The translations under genes were made by a program, and so were the position numbers. From Prochlorococcus sp. AG-402-N17 (GTDB taxonomy: Bacteria > Cyanobacteriota > Cyanobacteriia > PCC-6307 > Cyanobiaceae), in assembly GCA_003216455.1 (NCBI GenBank), contig QCIV01000003.1:18667-82666 (forward strand): a DNA stretch of 64,000 nt. Direction: 5' to 3'. Positions within the stretch are counted from its first letter, which is position 1. Each line of letters starts with the position of its first letter. Under the pieces are notes generated by a model. That model made no database searches, was not told the origin of the DNA, and saw only the letters and a list, made by a program, of their open reading frames with translations. This document shows, one piece after another, positions 51,880 through 62,001 of this stretch.

Positions 51880-53238
51880 TTAATTTGATTTATTCGGGAG
51901 AGAGTTCTTCAAATTCAAAATAGTTTTAATAGTTTTAATAAAAATAAGCAAATCTAAAAAAATCGACATATTTTTAACATAAAAAAGATCATAGCTTAAT
52001 TTGTTTTTTGAATCTTCAATTGAAGCACCGTAAGGATAATTAACTTGAGCCCAACCACTAATACCAGGTTTGATTATTTGTCGAATTTTATAATTATGCA
52101 TTTGATTATTTAAAGTATCTTCAATTTCTGGTCTTTCTGGTCTTGGTCCAATTAAACTCATATCTCCTTTTATAACACTAAATAATTGCGGTAATTCATC
52201 TATTCTTGTTCTTCTTATTATTTTTCCAATAAAAGTAATTCTTTCATCATTTATAGTAGACCACTTAATTCCATTTTTTTCCGCATTAACGTGCATTGAG
52301 CGTAGTTTCCATATTCTAAAATGTTTCCCATTTTTACCTACTCTAATTTGACTATAAAAGACTGGACCTTGATCAGTAATCCATATTAAAAAACCACAAA
52401 TTATTAATACAGGAGATAATAAAGTTATCAATATAATGCTTAATATAATCTCTGTTAAGGTTTTAATTCTTTGTTGATAAGAGTATTTCGGAATATAAAA
52501 ATTGTTCATAAATATATCTTTTTCAACAAGAATATTTGTAGGTATTCTTTGTAAGTAAAGCTCACACCAATTAACTAAATTAAGAATAGGTTTATTTTTC
52601 TTTTGGAAATTTTCTAAAAACTTTAAATCTCTTTTTTTTAAAGAATTAATATCTTCAAAAACCAATCCTTCTAAATTATCCAATAATAAATTTTCTTTGA
52701 AATAATTATCTAAAAAAAATATTTTTTTCTTAATTCTTCCTATTTTTGCTTGCTCTGAAATATAGTTAAATGTCTCAATATTGCCTAAAAATATCCATTT
52801 TGATTGATTCTTTATTTTTTTACTTATTTTAGCTAATTTTATAAATTGCATAAAGTTGAATATCGAAAGATTTAAAATTATCAGGGTAAAAATTTTTAAA
52901 AAATTAATCTCAATATTTAAGATTAAAGAATATAAAAAGATAAATAATAAAAATAGAAGAAATACAATTATCGATTTTGCAATATTTAGGATTAATTGAT
53001 ACCTATAGTTAGTTTTTAAATAGTTATACCTTCCTGCAATGTAACTCAATAAAACAAATAGTATTGAAAGAATCAATGCAATTAAAATATTATTAGGTAA
53101 GGCTTCTTCGAAAGCATTAATAGAAAAAATAAAAAATGAAATCAATAATTCAATAAATGATGTGATAGCTATACCTCTCCTAGTATTAAGCCAAGGTAAT
53201 ATTTGCAATAATTTATTTTGAAAAAGAGGTATACGCAT
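51880..53238 (-). CDS. Initiating sugar transferase (WcaJ/WbaP-type, large)
   Basis: N-terminal TMs; WKLRSM, RIDELPQL, IGPRPERP, KPGISGWAQVNYPYG. Confidence 0.9.
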   Translation of the reverse strand: MRIPLFQNKLLQILPWLNTRRGIAITSFIELLISFFIFSINAFEEALPNNILIALILSILFVLLSYIAGRYNYLKTNYRYQLILNIAKSIIVFLLFLLFIFLYSLILNIEINFLKIFTLIILNLSIFNFMQFIKLAKISKKIKNQSKWIFLGNIETFNYISEQAKIGRIKKKIFFLDNYFKENLLLDNLEGLVFEDINSLKKRDLKFLENFQKKNKPILNLVNWCELYLQRIPTNILVEKDIFMNNFYIPKYSYQQRIKTLTEIILSIILITLLSPVLIICGFLIWITDQGPVFYSQIRVGKNGKHFRIWKLRSMHVNAEKNGIKWSTINDERITFIGKIIRRTRIDELPQLFSVIKGDMSLIGPRPERPEIEDTLNNQMHNYKIRQIIKPGISGWAQVNYPYGASIEDSKNKLSYDLFYVKNMSIFLDLLIFIKTIKTILNLKNSLPNKSN

Positions 53239-54159
53239 CTAAGCAAATATATTTTTTGTCTTTCTAATTAATTTATCTTTAAATGAAGGATATTTTTTTA
53301 AAAAAATTGAATATTCTTTATTTAAATCTAATTCTATTGGTTTTGAAATCTCTATTTTGATATTAGAAAAAAGTTCTAGTAATTTTGCTTGTGAAATACT
53401 CCCATTTATTGGCAAGAATTCTTTACAGTTTTCTGAAAGCTCATCACCTAATCCAGTATTAATAATTAATGGAAATTGAGGCATTACATTTAAAAAATTG
53501 TTACGAAAACAAAAATTCTGAAATTGATAATCCCAAGTTACTATTTCCTTTTTATTACATAAATTTAAAATTCTCTGAAATCTTCTGGATAGAGATTTAT
53601 TTTCAAAAATTTTATGATTGTTATCAACTATATAATTTTTTGCATCTAAATGATCAAATTTCTCCCATATTTTCTTCCAAGTTGCCCACCCCCATGAGTG
53701 AAACATATAACTAAATCTTGGCAAAAGAGTATCAATATTATTTTCATATAAATATTCTGTAAATGCAGTTATAGATGCAATATTTGTGTAACTTTTATAG
53801 TATTCAAGACCTAGAGACAAAAATCTTAAGCCCAAAGGTTCAATTTGAATATCATCTTCTAGTATTATCCCATAATTAACATTAGAAAAAAACCAGTTAA
53901 TTGCAGAAGTAATACTTTTATCAACAGTGAGATGGGATTTAGAAAAATTTATATTTATTTTTTTTTTATATTCCTTATAGTAACTAAGAATTATTTCTCT
54001 AGTATTTTCAACAGCTGCCTTATCCTTTTGCAAATCTCTCCAACAATTTGAATAAATATATATATCTTTAAATCCTGTTGAAATTAATTTATCTATTTGT
54101 TTGGAAATATTTTTTGATCTCCTATAAGTAATAAGGAGCACGGGGGTATTATTAATCAT
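53239..54159 (-). CDS. GT-A fold nucleotide-diphospho-sugar transferase
   Basis: PVLLITYRR, AINWFF, IILEDD, SWGWATW, WDYQ, NTG; start taken at MINNTP overlapping the upstream stop. Confidence 0.75.
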   Translation of the reverse strand: MINNTPVLLITYRRSKNISKQIDKLISTGFKDIYIYSNCWRDLQKDKAAVENTREIILSYYKEYKKKININFSKSHLTVDKSITSAINWFFSNVNYGIILEDDIQIEPLGLRFLSLGLEYYKSYTNIASITAFTEYLYENNIDTLLPRFSYMFHSWGWATWKKIWEKFDHLDAKNYIVDNNHKIFENKSLSRRFQRILNLCNKKEIVTWDYQFQNFCFRNNFLNVMPQFPLIINTGLGDELSENCKEFLPINGSISQAKLLELFSNIKIEISKPIELDLNKEYSIFLKKYPSFKDKLIRKTKNIFA

Positions 54160-55168
54160 CTGTGGTGGGATCGCAGGAAGATAGACATTGTTCACAGTAA
54201 GTTTTTAGTTTTTTATCTTTATTTTTGAAAGTTTCTCTTATTTCATTCATCTTTTTTGATTTAAAAAGATGTCCTAATGAATCATCATCTTCTATCATGC
54301 CTAGTCTCATTTGGTCACCCCAGAAGGAACAGCAAGGTAGAACACTTTTATCCGCTCTTACTACTAATTGCCTAAATGGATTAGGGCAAAAAGAGGTTCT
54401 TAACTTTTTATAGGATTTGGTATCATCTTCCCTTTTACTATTTGGTTTCATGACGCTAGATTGAAGCGCAACCGCATCAACTAACTCATTCCAGTAATCA
54501 TAAAAAAGTTTAGATTCATGTTTATTTTCTGGAAGAGTCAAAAAACTTACTCTTATTTTCGGAAATAAAGTATTATAAGTTTTTCTCAGTTCAATAAAAT
54601 CTTGTATATGCTTTTTTACTTTTTCAAAATCGCCTCCTCTCCTTATTTTGTCATAAGTATCTTTAGTGAATGCATCTATAGATACTTGAATTCTCGATAT
54701 CAATTTTGATTCTATGAGTTTTATTGAATTTTTATAAGTTAGTAATGATCCATTAGTAGTAAAATAAATATCAACGAATCCGTAGTCATGAGCCTTTTTG
54801 GCAGTATTTAATATTCTTTTAATATCCAACAAAGGCTCATTAATATAATTAAGTTTTAAGGCCAAAGCTCCGTTTTCAGCAGAAGATTTTAAAATTAGGT
54901 CGATATCTTCATCTGTTAATTTATTAATTTTCCTGCTTATTAAGTCATCTGAAATTGGACATTCTAAACAGCGGTAATTACAATTATCAGCCAATTCCAG
55001 ATCCACTTGTAATAAAGATTCATTTCCTTTACTAGCAGCACTATATTTTAATCGATAATCATTCCATTTTTCTGATTCGATCCAAGGCGGGCAATTAAAG
55101 TAATCTTCTGCTTTAAAAAGTCTAGCCATTCCTCCCAAGGAGGATATTTTAGATTCTTTAGAAACCAT
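54152..55168 (-). CDS. Radical SAM protein with SPASM/twitch domain
   Basis: CNYRCLEC (CxxxCxxC), NEPLL, TTNG, VSIDA..TY.KIR.G; C-terminal CPNPF...LPCC...CEQC...C. Confidence 0.9.
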   Translation of the reverse strand: MVSKESKISSLGGMARLFKAEDYFNCPPWIESEKWNDYRLKYSAASKGNESLLQVDLELADNCNYRCLECPISDDLISRKINKLTDEDIDLILKSSAENGALALKLNYINEPLLDIKRILNTAKKAHDYGFVDIYFTTNGSLLTYKNSIKLIESKLISRIQVSIDAFTKDTYDKIRRGGDFEKVKKHIQDFIELRKTYNTLFPKIRVSFLTLPENKHESKLFYDYWNELVDAVALQSSVMKPNSKREDDTKSYKKLRTSFCPNPFRQLVVRADKSVLPCCSFWGDQMRLGMIEDDDSLGHLFKSKKMNEIRETFKNKDKKLKTYCEQCLSSCDPTTDD

Positions 55169-55981
55169 TCAAATCTCCCATGGAAGAATTTCTGAGCTAG
55201 AGGCCAACTTGTTTAAATGATTATAGTCTCTTAAAGTATCCATGCAATGCCAGAACCCTTTGTGTTTGTAAAAACCCAGATCTCTATTTTCAGAAACTTT
55301 ACCCAAAATATCCAATTCTAGATTCGTTTTATCATTAAACCATGAATTATTTAGGTAATTTTTATTAAAAACCATAAACCCAGCATTAACCCAATTTTCT
55401 TCAAAAATTGGTTTTTCATTAAATTCTGATATTCTATTTCCACTTAAATTTACTCTTCCATACCTAGAAGAAGGATTGACTACTGTAATGGTTACTTGTG
55501 CTTTTGTTTGAAAATGACGCTCAAGAAGACTATTTAAATTTACATTTGATAAACCATCACCATAGGTCAATAAAAACTGATCAGTATTTAATAAAGGTAA
55601 AACTCTCCCCAGACGTCCACCAGTCATGGTATCAAGTCCAGTATTGATTACAGATATAGTTACTTCATTATATAGTTCATTAAAATTATTTTTTTCAAAT
55701 TTTTCTTCATAAGAAAAAGAATTATTTTTATTAGAAATTTTTAACTCATTTACTTCTCCACAAAATGATCGAAAATAGTTCATTATCACTTCACATTTAT
55801 AACCACCTAAAATGAAAAATTGCTTAAAGCCCTGTTTAAGATAAATTTCTATAATGAGATGTAATATTGGCTTATCACCAACTCTTATCATAGGTTTTGG
55901 GATCAAGTTAGTTTTTTCAGATAAACGCGAACCATAACCTCCAGCAAGTATTAATACGGGTATTTTTTTTTTAGATAACAT
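55169..55981 (-). CDS. rfbF: Glucose-1-phosphate cytidylyltransferase family nucleotidyltransferase
   Basis: ILAGGYGSRLSE.T..PKPM, TGLDTMTGGRL, LTYGDG, H.GFWHCMDTLRD. Confidence 0.88.
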   Translation of the reverse strand: MLSKKKIPVLILAGGYGSRLSEKTNLIPKPMIRVGDKPILHLIIEIYLKQGFKQFFILGGYKCEVIMNYFRSFCGEVNELKISNKNNSFSYEEKFEKNNFNELYNEVTISVINTGLDTMTGGRLGRVLPLLNTDQFLLTYGDGLSNVNLNSLLERHFQTKAQVTITVVNPSSRYGRVNLSGNRISEFNEKPIFEENWVNAGFMVFNKNYLNNSWFNDKTNLELDILGKVSENRDLGFYKHKGFWHCMDTLRDYNHLNKLASSSEILPWEI

Positions 55982-56076
55982 AAAGTATGGCTATTTTTCT
56001 TTATATAAGAATATACCACGCATCCTTTTGTATTGTTTAATTTGTCAAAAATAACATCTAAATATTTTTTATGACT

Positions 56077-57837
56077 TTATATTTTTTCAGCTTCAATAAT
56101 TTTTTGATTTTCTATCCTATAAATTCTATCGCATTCACTTAACGAAGTTACACGATGGGCGACCATAATTAAAGTGATGGGGAAATCAAATTCATGAATT
56201 GTTTTAATAATACTGCTCTCTGTCTTTTGATCCAAAGCACTAGTAGCTTCATCAAGTATTAAGATTTTAGATTTTCTGTAAAAAGCTCTCGCTATCCCAA
56301 CCCTTTGTTTTTGCCCACCGCTAAGTTGAATGCCCCTCTCTCCCACAATAGTTTGATAACCATATTTTGTATTACAAATATAATCATGGATTTGTGCACA
56401 TTTCGCAGATTCTTTTACTCGGTCAAAATCAATTTTTTCATAAGGGATACCGAGCGCAATATTACAGAAAAAACTATCATCTAAAAGAAATATATCTTGG
56501 GGTACATGAGAAATAATTGATCTCCAATTTAATAAAAGTTCTGAGTCATTTTTTTTATAAAGATTACTATGATTAACTAATATTTCTCCTTCGGAGGGTT
56601 TTAATAAACCCATCATCATATCAAGAAAAGTACTTTTACCACTTCCTGTGGTTCCAATTATTCCAATAACATCTCCTTTATTAAGAACAAAATCAATTGA
56701 TTCGAGGATATTATTTAATTTACTTGTATATCTGAAGGAAACATTTTTAAATTTAATTTTTTCAAAATAGAAGTTTTCTCCATTTGATATATATTTGTGT
56801 TCCGAAAATTTATGAAGGTTTATAATTTTCAAAACTTTTTCAACACCTGAAGCACAAGCTCGCATATCAGACAAAGAGGAATAACAGCTTTGTACGCCTG
56901 GAAGTAATTTCAGGAATGCAAATGTTATGGAGCCAAGCAATGGGATTAAATTATAATTTTCTTGTGCACTACTTGTCTGAACATAGGCAACTAATGCAAT
57001 ACAAGAAATCCCAAAAGCCTCTAACGCATATCTAGGAGATGCAGCTAAAGTTTTATTTTGAGCTTGTTTAATCCTAAGATTAAAGTCATATTTTTTATAC
57101 TGATCGAAATAAAATTTTTGTTGTTGATTCATTATTATTTCCCTCATAGATCCTAAACCTTCTTGAACAACCTGAATATGTTTTTCTCTAGAGAAGACTA
57201 TAGACTTACTATTATTTGAAATAGTTTTTCTAGAAAGCATACTTAATGTAAAATAAGCAATGCTAAAAACGATAATCAAGAAACCTGCAATTTTCCAATC
57301 TATTAAAATCAAGGTTATTAAAATACCTAAACTTATTAAAAAATAAGTTAAAAACTGAAGGAAAGTGACAATAAAATTGGTAGCTTCATTGATTCCAACG
57401 GTTGCACTATTAATGATTACATTTGAATTACTATAGATATGTTCTATATATTCTTGATTTATAACTTTATTGAAAAATCTATTGCTAATATCACTTCCTA
57501 TAAATGCTGATAATCGATAATTAAAATAAAGATTTAATACTCTCAAAAACCCGGCAAATAAAATAATAGCAATTAAAAAAATTGTTATGTAAAAAAGAAT
57601 ATTTTGAGAATTATCAATATTTAGATATTTTAAAATCATTAATTCCTTATTTTTATCTTGCAAATAACTTAAATAGGGAAAAATTAAACCAAGACTGGCT
57701 ATTTCAGCTATCGAACTAGAAATCATCAAGCAAAAAATAAGAAATGCTTGTGATTTTCTCTTTAAATTTAAACTTGACCAGATATCATTTAATATAAATA
57801 GTACTGGCCTATTCAAGCTTTTATCGTTATTTCTCAT
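56077..57837 (-). CDS. ABC transporter, fused TMD + ATPase (second glycan exporter)
   Basis: GTTGSGKST, LSGGQKQR, ILDEATSALD, VAHR. Confidence 0.92.
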   Translation of the reverse strand: MRNNDKSLNRPVLFILNDIWSSLNLKRKSQAFLIFCLMISSSIAEIASLGLIFPYLSYLQDKNKELMILKYLNIDNSQNILFYITIFLIAIILFAGFLRVLNLYFNYRLSAFIGSDISNRFFNKVINQEYIEHIYSNSNVIINSATVGINEATNFIVTFLQFLTYFLISLGILITLILIDWKIAGFLIIVFSIAYFTLSMLSRKTISNNSKSIVFSREKHIQVVQEGLGSMREIIMNQQQKFYFDQYKKYDFNLRIKQAQNKTLAASPRYALEAFGISCIALVAYVQTSSAQENYNLIPLLGSITFAFLKLLPGVQSCYSSLSDMRACASGVEKVLKIINLHKFSEHKYISNGENFYFEKIKFKNVSFRYTSKLNNILESIDFVLNKGDVIGIIGTTGSGKSTFLDMMMGLLKPSEGEILVNHSNLYKKNDSELLLNWRSIISHVPQDIFLLDDSFFCNIALGIPYEKIDFDRVKESAKCAQIHDYICNTKYGYQTIVGERGIQLSGGQKQRVGIARAFYRKSKILILDEATSALDQKTESSIIKTIHEFDFPITLIMVAHRVTSLSECDRIYRIENQKIIEAEKI

Positions 57838-58826
57838 ATTCTTATTGAATTATTATTCCTTTCATCAATAAAAAACTGAATTGTTTGTTCAATGCCATCT
57901 TTTAATTTAACTTTAGGTTCCCATCCTAATTTCATAATTCTACTTACATCCAATTGTTTTTTATATGTACCATCAGGCTTTTTAGTATTCCATTTTATTT
58001 GGCCAGTGAATCCTATCATCTCTTTGAGCATATTTGATAATTCAAAAATACTTATATCTTTCCCAGTCCCCACATTTAAATAAGTTAATTTATTCCCATG
58101 ATTATCTGTTGGGGATTTATTTTCTTTAGGATCCCAAGTTTCCAAAGCAAAAACAGCTGCATCTCCCAAATCATCAACATATAAGAATTCTCTTAAAGGT
58201 TTACCAGTACCCCAACATTCAATGAATGAAAGATTTTTTTCTTTAGCTTCATAAATTTTCCTTATTAAAGCAGGAAGGACATGACTTTCATTTAAAGTAT
58301 AGTTATCATTTTTTCCATATAAGTTTGTTGGCATTAAACTTATTCCATCAAATTCCTTTTCTTTTCTTAAATATTCAACAAGTTTTATACCTGATATTTT
58401 TGCTAACGCATATGCCTCGTTAGTTTTTTCCAGAGGAGCCTGTAATAATTCCTCTTCTCTTATAGGTTGTCTTGCAGATTTAGGATAAATGCAACTACTA
58501 CCAAGAAATAAAAATCTCTTAACTTTATTTAAGTATGAGCTATAAATAACATTGTTTTGAATTCTCAAATTTTCAAGCATAAATTCAACTGGGAATTTGC
58601 TATTTGCCATTATTCCACCTACTTTGGCAGCAGCAAGTATTACGACATCAGGTTTATTAACTTTAAACCAATCTTTTACATTTTTTTCGTCAGTCAAATC
58701 CAACTCACTTCTCTCAACAGTAATTATATTTTTGTAGCCTTTTTTTATAAATGATCTCATTATTGAGCTACCCACCATTCCTTTATGGCCTGTTATAAAT
58801 ATTTTGTCAGATCTCTCTATTAGCAA
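57834..58826 (-). CDS. fcl: GDP-L-fucose synthase
   Basis: GHKGMVGS, AAAKVGGI.AN, LGSSCIYPK, YALAK, MPTNLYG, SHVLPAL. Confidence 0.95.
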   Translation of the reverse strand: MLIERSDKIFITGHKGMVGSSIMRSFIKKGYKNIITVERSELDLTDEKNVKDWFKVNKPDVVILAAAKVGGIMANSKFPVEFMLENLRIQNNVIYSSYLNKVKRFLFLGSSCIYPKSARQPIREEELLQAPLEKTNEAYALAKISGIKLVEYLRKEKEFDGISLMPTNLYGKNDNYTLNESHVLPALIRKIYEAKEKNLSFIECWGTGKPLREFLYVDDLGDAAVFALETWDPKENKSPTDNHGNKLTYLNVGTGKDISIFELSNMLKEMIGFTGQIKWNTKKPDGTYKKQLDVSRIMKLGWEPKVKLKDGIEQTIQFFIDERNNNSIRI

Positions 58827-58882
58827 AATTTAGTCTTATTTTCTCATTAAATTATCTCATAAAAATGTACTTTTATTCATAC

Positions 58883-59980
58883 TTAAAACTTTTGGGATTC
58901 AATAAAGAATCTTTTTTTTGCTTCTTTAAGATCATTATCAATCATTTCCTCTACTAAAGATTCAAGTGATATTTTTGGCTCCCATCCTAAATCTTTTTTT
59001 GCTTTTGAGGGATCTCCCAAAAGTGTATTAACTTCTGATGCCCTAAAATATGTAGGGTCAATTCGAACCACAGGCTTATTTGTATCTTTACGATATCCAA
59101 TCTCATTTAAACCATCACCTTCCCAATAAATTGCCTGACCATTTCCATTATCCCAACCAAGTTTTTTAGCTGATAATTCAACAAAATCACGCACAGATAC
59201 TTGTCTTCCTGTTGCAATTACGTAATCTGAAGGTTTGTCTTGTTGCAACATTAACCATTGCATTTCTACATAATCTTTTGCATGTCCCCAATCTCTCAAA
59301 GCGTTAAGATTACCTAAATATAAGCAATCATCTAATCCTAATTCAATACGAGATAATCCTCTAGTGATTTTTCTAGTGACGAAAGTTTCCCCACGCCTTG
59401 GACTTTCATGATTAAATAAAATCCCATTACAAGCAAACATGTCATAAGCATCTCTATAATTAACAATAATCCAATATGCATACAATTTCGCCACTCCATA
59501 AGGACTTCTTGGATAAAAAGGGGTGGATTCTTTTTGGGGAATTTCTTGTACCAAACCATAAAGTTCGCTTGTACTAGCTTGATAGACTTTTGTTTTATTT
59601 ACCAATTCAAGAAGTCGAACAGCCTCAAGAATTCTAAGAGTTCCAAGCGCATCACAATTAGCAGTGTATTCTGGAGATTCAAAACTCACCGCTACATGGC
59701 TTTGAGCGCCTAAATTATAAATTTCATCAGGATTAATATCTGCAATAAGTCCTATTAGATTGGAACTATCTGTTAAATCACCGTAATGAAGATAAAAATT
59801 CTTATTTTTTTCATGTGGGTCTTGGTATAGATGATCAATTCTAGAAGTATTAAAGCTACTTGCACGTCTCTTTAATCCATGAACTTCATAACCTTTATTA
59901 AGTAGAAACTCTGCTAAGTAAGAACCATCTTGACCAGTAATTCCAGTAATGAAAGCGACTTTAGTTTTATCAAATGTCAT
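58883..59980 (-). CDS. gmd: GDP-mannose 4,6-dehydratase
   Basis: [52 protein letters not shown]. Confidence 0.96.
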   Translation of the reverse strand: MTFDKTKVAFITGITGQDGSYLAEFLLNKGYEVHGLKRRASSFNTSRIDHLYQDPHEKNKNFYLHYGDLTDSSNLIGLIADINPDEIYNLGAQSHVAVSFESPEYTANCDALGTLRILEAVRLLELVNKTKVYQASTSELYGLVQEIPQKESTPFYPRSPYGVAKLYAYWIIVNYRDAYDMFACNGILFNHESPRRGETFVTRKITRGLSRIELGLDDCLYLGNLNALRDWGHAKDYVEMQWLMLQQDKPSDYVIATGRQVSVRDFVELSAKKLGWDNGNGQAIYWEGDGLNEIGYRKDTNKPVVRIDPTYFRASEVNTLLGDPSKAKKDLGWEPKISLESLVEEMIDNDLKEAKKRFFIESQKF

Positions 59981-60117
59981 TATTTTTTTTTAATACTTTT
60001 TTTCTTCCTAAAGGTATTTTAGTTTATTAAACTACACAATTTTATATTAGGTAAGAACTTTTCCAGAAAAATTGTTATATTAGTGTTTAATAAAATAGAG
60101 CATATAATAAACTAAAC

Positions 60118-60636
60118 ATGATAAAAAAAGAATTTGAAAAATATATTAGTAATTATGAAGACTTTCCTCAAAAAGGCATTCTTTTCAGGGATATCCTTCC
60201 CATTTTAGCTAACCCAAGCATATTTAATAATTTAATAAATGAAATGACTAAAGATAAATTTCTAAATGAATGTGATGCAATAATAGCGATTGATGCTCGA
60301 GGGTTTATTTTTGGAACTGCCATTGCTATTAAATTATCTAAACCACTAATTCTTGCGAGAAAACCAGGAAAACTACCTGGCGAATTAATTTCCAAAGACT
60401 ATCAATTAGAATATGGTAATAATGGCCTTTCATTACAAAGAGAGGCTTTGAAAGGATTTAACAAATTTTCAATAGTTGATGATTTGTTAGCAACAGGAGG
60501 AACTGTTAATTGTGTAAGTCAAATTCTTATTGAGCAGCAAAAAAAAATATTAGGATTATCTGTGGTTGTTGAATTGTTAGATCTAAACGGTTCCAAAAAT
60601 TTTAAATTTCCTGTAAGCTCTCAAATAAAGTTTTAA
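60118..60636 (+). CDS. apt: Adenine phosphoribosyltransferase
   Basis: [39 protein letters not shown]. Confidence 0.95.
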   Translation: MIKKEFEKYISNYEDFPQKGILFRDILPILANPSIFNNLINEMTKDKFLNECDAIIAIDARGFIFGTAIAIKLSKPLILARKPGKLPGELISKDYQLEYGNNGLSLQREALKGFNKFSIVDDLLATGGTVNCVSQILIEQQKKILGLSVVVELLDLNGSKNFKFPVSSQIKF

Positions 60637-60647
60637 TTCCGATTTAT

Positions 60648-61403
60648 TTATAAATTTTTGAGTAAACATTCTATAAGCAACCATGATCTTAATTTGTATT
60701 TTTTCAAGAATATATCAAAAGAAGTTGCAGCATCTTCATCGGCACTATCTGAGATAGTTCTTAAAATAACACAAGGAACTTTCTCCTGACATGCAACTTG
60801 AGCGACTGCAGCTCCTTCCATTTCAATAGCTAAAAGATTCGGTATTTGAAGCTTTATTTCTTCTAAATATTCTCGATCACTAATAAATTTATCTCCTGTG
60901 GCAATTTTTCCAATATTAATAGAACCGAAATCTCTTAAATTTAAATCTTTCCCTTTAGAGTTTTGTAACGAAGAGTGAGTCCATTTTAATAATTTATCAT
61001 CTATAGAAATGTGATCTTTAGAAATTGCAGGAATTACGAACTTTTCAAAAAAAGGCCTTGCATCCATATCATACTGAATCAACTTTGAAGCTATAACAAT
61101 GTCCCATTGCTTTAGGGTATTAGAGACTGCTCCAGCAACGCCTGTAAAAATTAAAATATCTACTTTTTTCCCCAAATATATTGATGAAATAATTCTAGTC
61201 GCAGCTCTGGCAGAACTAACTTTCCCCCATCCACTCCATGCCACAGATATTAAAATTTTATTTTTTCTTAAAACGTCATTCCAAGTACCTTGAATAACTT
61301 TTAAATCTCCATAAAAAATTTCTTTTTTATCATGAATTTGATTTATTATTTCCCCAATCTCCTCTGGCATTGCTCCTAAAATAGCTACATGTTTGAAGTC
61401 CAT
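60648..61403 (-). CDS. mtnN: 5'-methylthioadenosine/S-adenosylhomocysteine nucleosidase
   Basis: ILGAMPEEI, SGWGKV, TGVAG, TGDKF, EMEGAAVAQV, RTISD.AD. Confidence 0.93.
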   Translation of the reverse strand: MDFKHVAILGAMPEEIGEIINQIHDKKEIFYGDLKVIQGTWNDVLRKNKILISVAWSGWGKVSSARAATRIISSIYLGKKVDILIFTGVAGAVSNTLKQWDIVIASKLIQYDMDARPFFEKFVIPAISKDHISIDDKLLKWTHSSLQNSKGKDLNLRDFGSINIGKIATGDKFISDREYLEEIKLQIPNLLAIEMEGAAVAQVACQEKVPCVILRTISDSADEDAATSFDIFLKKYKLRSWLLIECLLKNL

Positions 61404-61452
61404 AAAATTTTTATTCCATTATAAAGTTAATATTTATTAGATCTAGAAATTA

Positions 61453-62001
61453 TTATAAATTTCTATTTAAATCTAAAAAACTTGCAATTTCTAATAAACT
61501 TTTAAAACTTTTTGTAACAAGATTTTGATTAATTAAATCTAAATTTTCTTTTAATAAAAATCTTTTATAAATACCAGCATTTTTTGCGGCTAACATATCA
61601 GTAATTTTATCTCCCACCATTATGGAATCAGATAGTTCAATTTGATGATCTTGGGCAGCTCTCAATATCATTCCAGGATTAGGCTTTCGACAAAAACAAC
61701 CCTTATCTTCAATCTTGTTAGGAGCATGAGGACAATGATAAATTTCCACAAATTCTATTCCATGTCTTAATAAATATTTCTTATATAGTTCAGTTAATTT
61801 ATAGTATTGTTCTTTAGTAAAAAGCCCTCTACCAATTCCAGATTGATTAGTCACAACTACGAACTTGTAGTTAAGTTTCTTCAAAATTTTTAGAGCTTCT
61901 ATTACTCCATCAATAAAAAAGAAATCTTTCCACTCATGAACATAGCCATTGTCTTTATTTATCACTCCATCTCTATCTAAAAAAATATATTTATCATTCA
62001 T
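61453..62001 (-). CDS. gmhB: D-glycero-D-manno-heptose 1,7-bisphosphate phosphatase
   Basis: FLDRDGVIN, VTNQSGIGRG, CPH, C.CRKP.PGM, VGDK.TD. Confidence 0.92.
   Translation of the reverse strand: MNDKYIFLDRDGVINKDNGYVHEWKDFFFIDGVIEALKILKKLNYKFVVVTNQSGIGRGLFTKEQYYKLTELYKKYLLRHGIEFVEIYHCPHAPNKIEDKGCFCRKPNPGMILRAAQDHQIELSDSIMVGDKITDMLAAKNAGIYKRFLLKENLDLINQNLVTKSFKSLLEIASFLDLNRNL

Noticed and set aside
54160-54195. Longer start for the GT-A gene
   Set aside because: It implies a 44-nt overlap with the radical SAM gene; the ATG at 54159, coupled to the upstream stop, fits better
60648-61403. mtnN as evidence of AI-2 quorum sensing
   Set aside because: No luxS in the window; MtnN alone does not make AI-2
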